Made by a program: the position numbers and the translations under genes. From sequence record JALIHJ010000106.1: 28,987 bases of DNA; one strand, given 5' to 3'. The first letter of the stretch is position 1. Every line of letters begins with the position of its first letter. Under the pieces are notes generated by a model, which saw nothing but the letters and a program-made list of their open reading frames with translations, was not told the origin of the DNA and did no database searches. Positions 28,339-28,987 of this stretch are shown here, piece by piece.

Positions 28339-28987
28339 ATGCAATTCAGTATTAGTCCTTTATGCTCTTTATTGCGGTTGCAACTTTTGTGGGTATTTAA
28401 CCCGATTTTTTTTTTTAAAATTGTTTACTTTTGCTTATTTTTCATTTTTTTTAAACATCTTGCTTTAGGTATTACTATTGTTTTTCTTTTATTTTCCCGC
28501 CGCATTCATCCATATATTGTGGGTTTTTTCTGTATTTTTCTGTATTTTTCTGTATTTTTCTTTGAATTTTATCTTTTTTCCCTTGAGTTTAGTTATATTC
28601 AGTTATTTCACTTGTTTAATAAGTTTGTGGAAAATTTTTTACATTTATACATATATATATTTTCTGGTGTTTTTATTTTTTCACCGGCTTCATGCAAAAA
28701 TTTTGCGTTTTTTCGGAAAATTTTACATTTTTTTTTATTCTTTATTTTTTTATTCTTTTTTTTAGGCGGTTCGTTTTGGGCTTGAATCGAACCATCCTGA
28801 AGTAATTGATGGTTTGGCGAAGACTTGGAAGAAATTAATATTGTAATAATTTTTTTCCTGAGTATAGCGTGTTTACATACGTTAGTTGGTTTTAAGGTTG
28901 ATTTTTTTGCTAAATATAAGTATTTTATTCTATTTTTTTTGTCGTTAAATTTTTTAAACTTTTTTTATTTTTTTTATTCTAGACATA
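28339..28987 (+). CDS. T/Phe-rich low-complexity membrane ORF, open to the right edge of the window (partial)
   Basis: From ATG 28339 the frame stays open under table 4 through TGAs at 28783, 28798 and 28807 to the last base of the window. The product is extremely Phe/Leu/Ile-rich, and the ORF contains a 10-bp tandem repeat. Two overlapping track ORFs (28339..28785 and 28478..28765) show that any frame stays open here, so coding status is doubtful. Confidence 0.3.
28525..28560. repeat. short tandem repeat (TGTATTTTTC) x3 plus a partial leading copy
   Basis: Direct reading: 28531-28540, 28541-28550 and 28551-28560 are identical 'tgtatttttc'. They are preceded by 'tttttc' (28525-28530), the last 6 nt of the unit. 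Confidence 0.9.

Noticed and set aside
28478-28765. Second overlapping ORF in the T-rich terminal region.
   Set aside because: The low-complexity T-rich sequence keeps several frames open. There is no independent support for this one.
28765-28815. Possible tRNA, suggested by a 'GAATCGAACC' T-loop-like string and two adjacent hairpins.
   Set aside because: I could not fold a cloverleaf on either strand: there is no 7-bp acceptor stem or 7-nt anticodon loop. It is reported only as hairpins.
1-28987. Interpretation as a bacterial (Mollicutes-like, table 4) chromosome segment, or presence of CRISPR arrays or mobile elements.
   Set aside because: The gene content (nad1-10 subunits, cob, atp9, a reduced ribosomal-protein set, split nad1, fragmented rRNA) is mitochondrial. 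No spacer-repeat arrays, transposase-like ORFs or inverted terminal repeats were seen.

Overview
The window reads as one arm of a ciliate-type mitochondrial genome. It is AT-rich with a T-rich + strand and is almost gap-free. Every gene I can support lies on the + strand. The supplied ORF track treats TGA as stop. Reading TGA as Trp (translation table 4) joins the fragments into full-length genes, with TGA at conserved Trp positions such as nad1 'GGW-SS-SKYA', nad4 'W-LPKAHVE', rpl2 'SPWG' and the rps14 terminal W. Order, left to right: rns 3' end, an isolated LSU-rRNA 5' fragment, three orphan membrane ORFs, atp9, trnL(UAA), trnY(GUA), a divergent ATP-synthase subunit-a-like ORF, rpl16, a small nad5-C-terminus-like ORF, rps3_b, an rps2-like plus rps4-like reading frame with no TAA/TAG between the two parts, nad7, rps14, rps8, trnF(GAA), three orphan ORFs, rps10, nad1_a, nad4, cob, an orphan ORF, rps11, rpl2, rps19, rps3_a, nad1_b, nad9, nad10, two small ORFs, an rpl32-like micro-ORF, nad6, trnH(GUG), nad2, rps12, nad3, nad4L, rps7, an orphan ORF, rpl6, and a T-rich low-complexity ORF that runs off the right edge. 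The main oddities are: split genes (nad1, rps3, the LSU rRNA, possibly nad5); the 2.3-kb rps2/rps4 frame; an exact 17-nt motif repeated at three gene starts; several TAATG stop/start overlaps; non-ATG starts; and nad6 overlapping trnH. No CRISPR arrays, transposons or phage-like elements were seen. All homology calls come from by-eye motif matching, not from searches. Start codons in particular are provisional.
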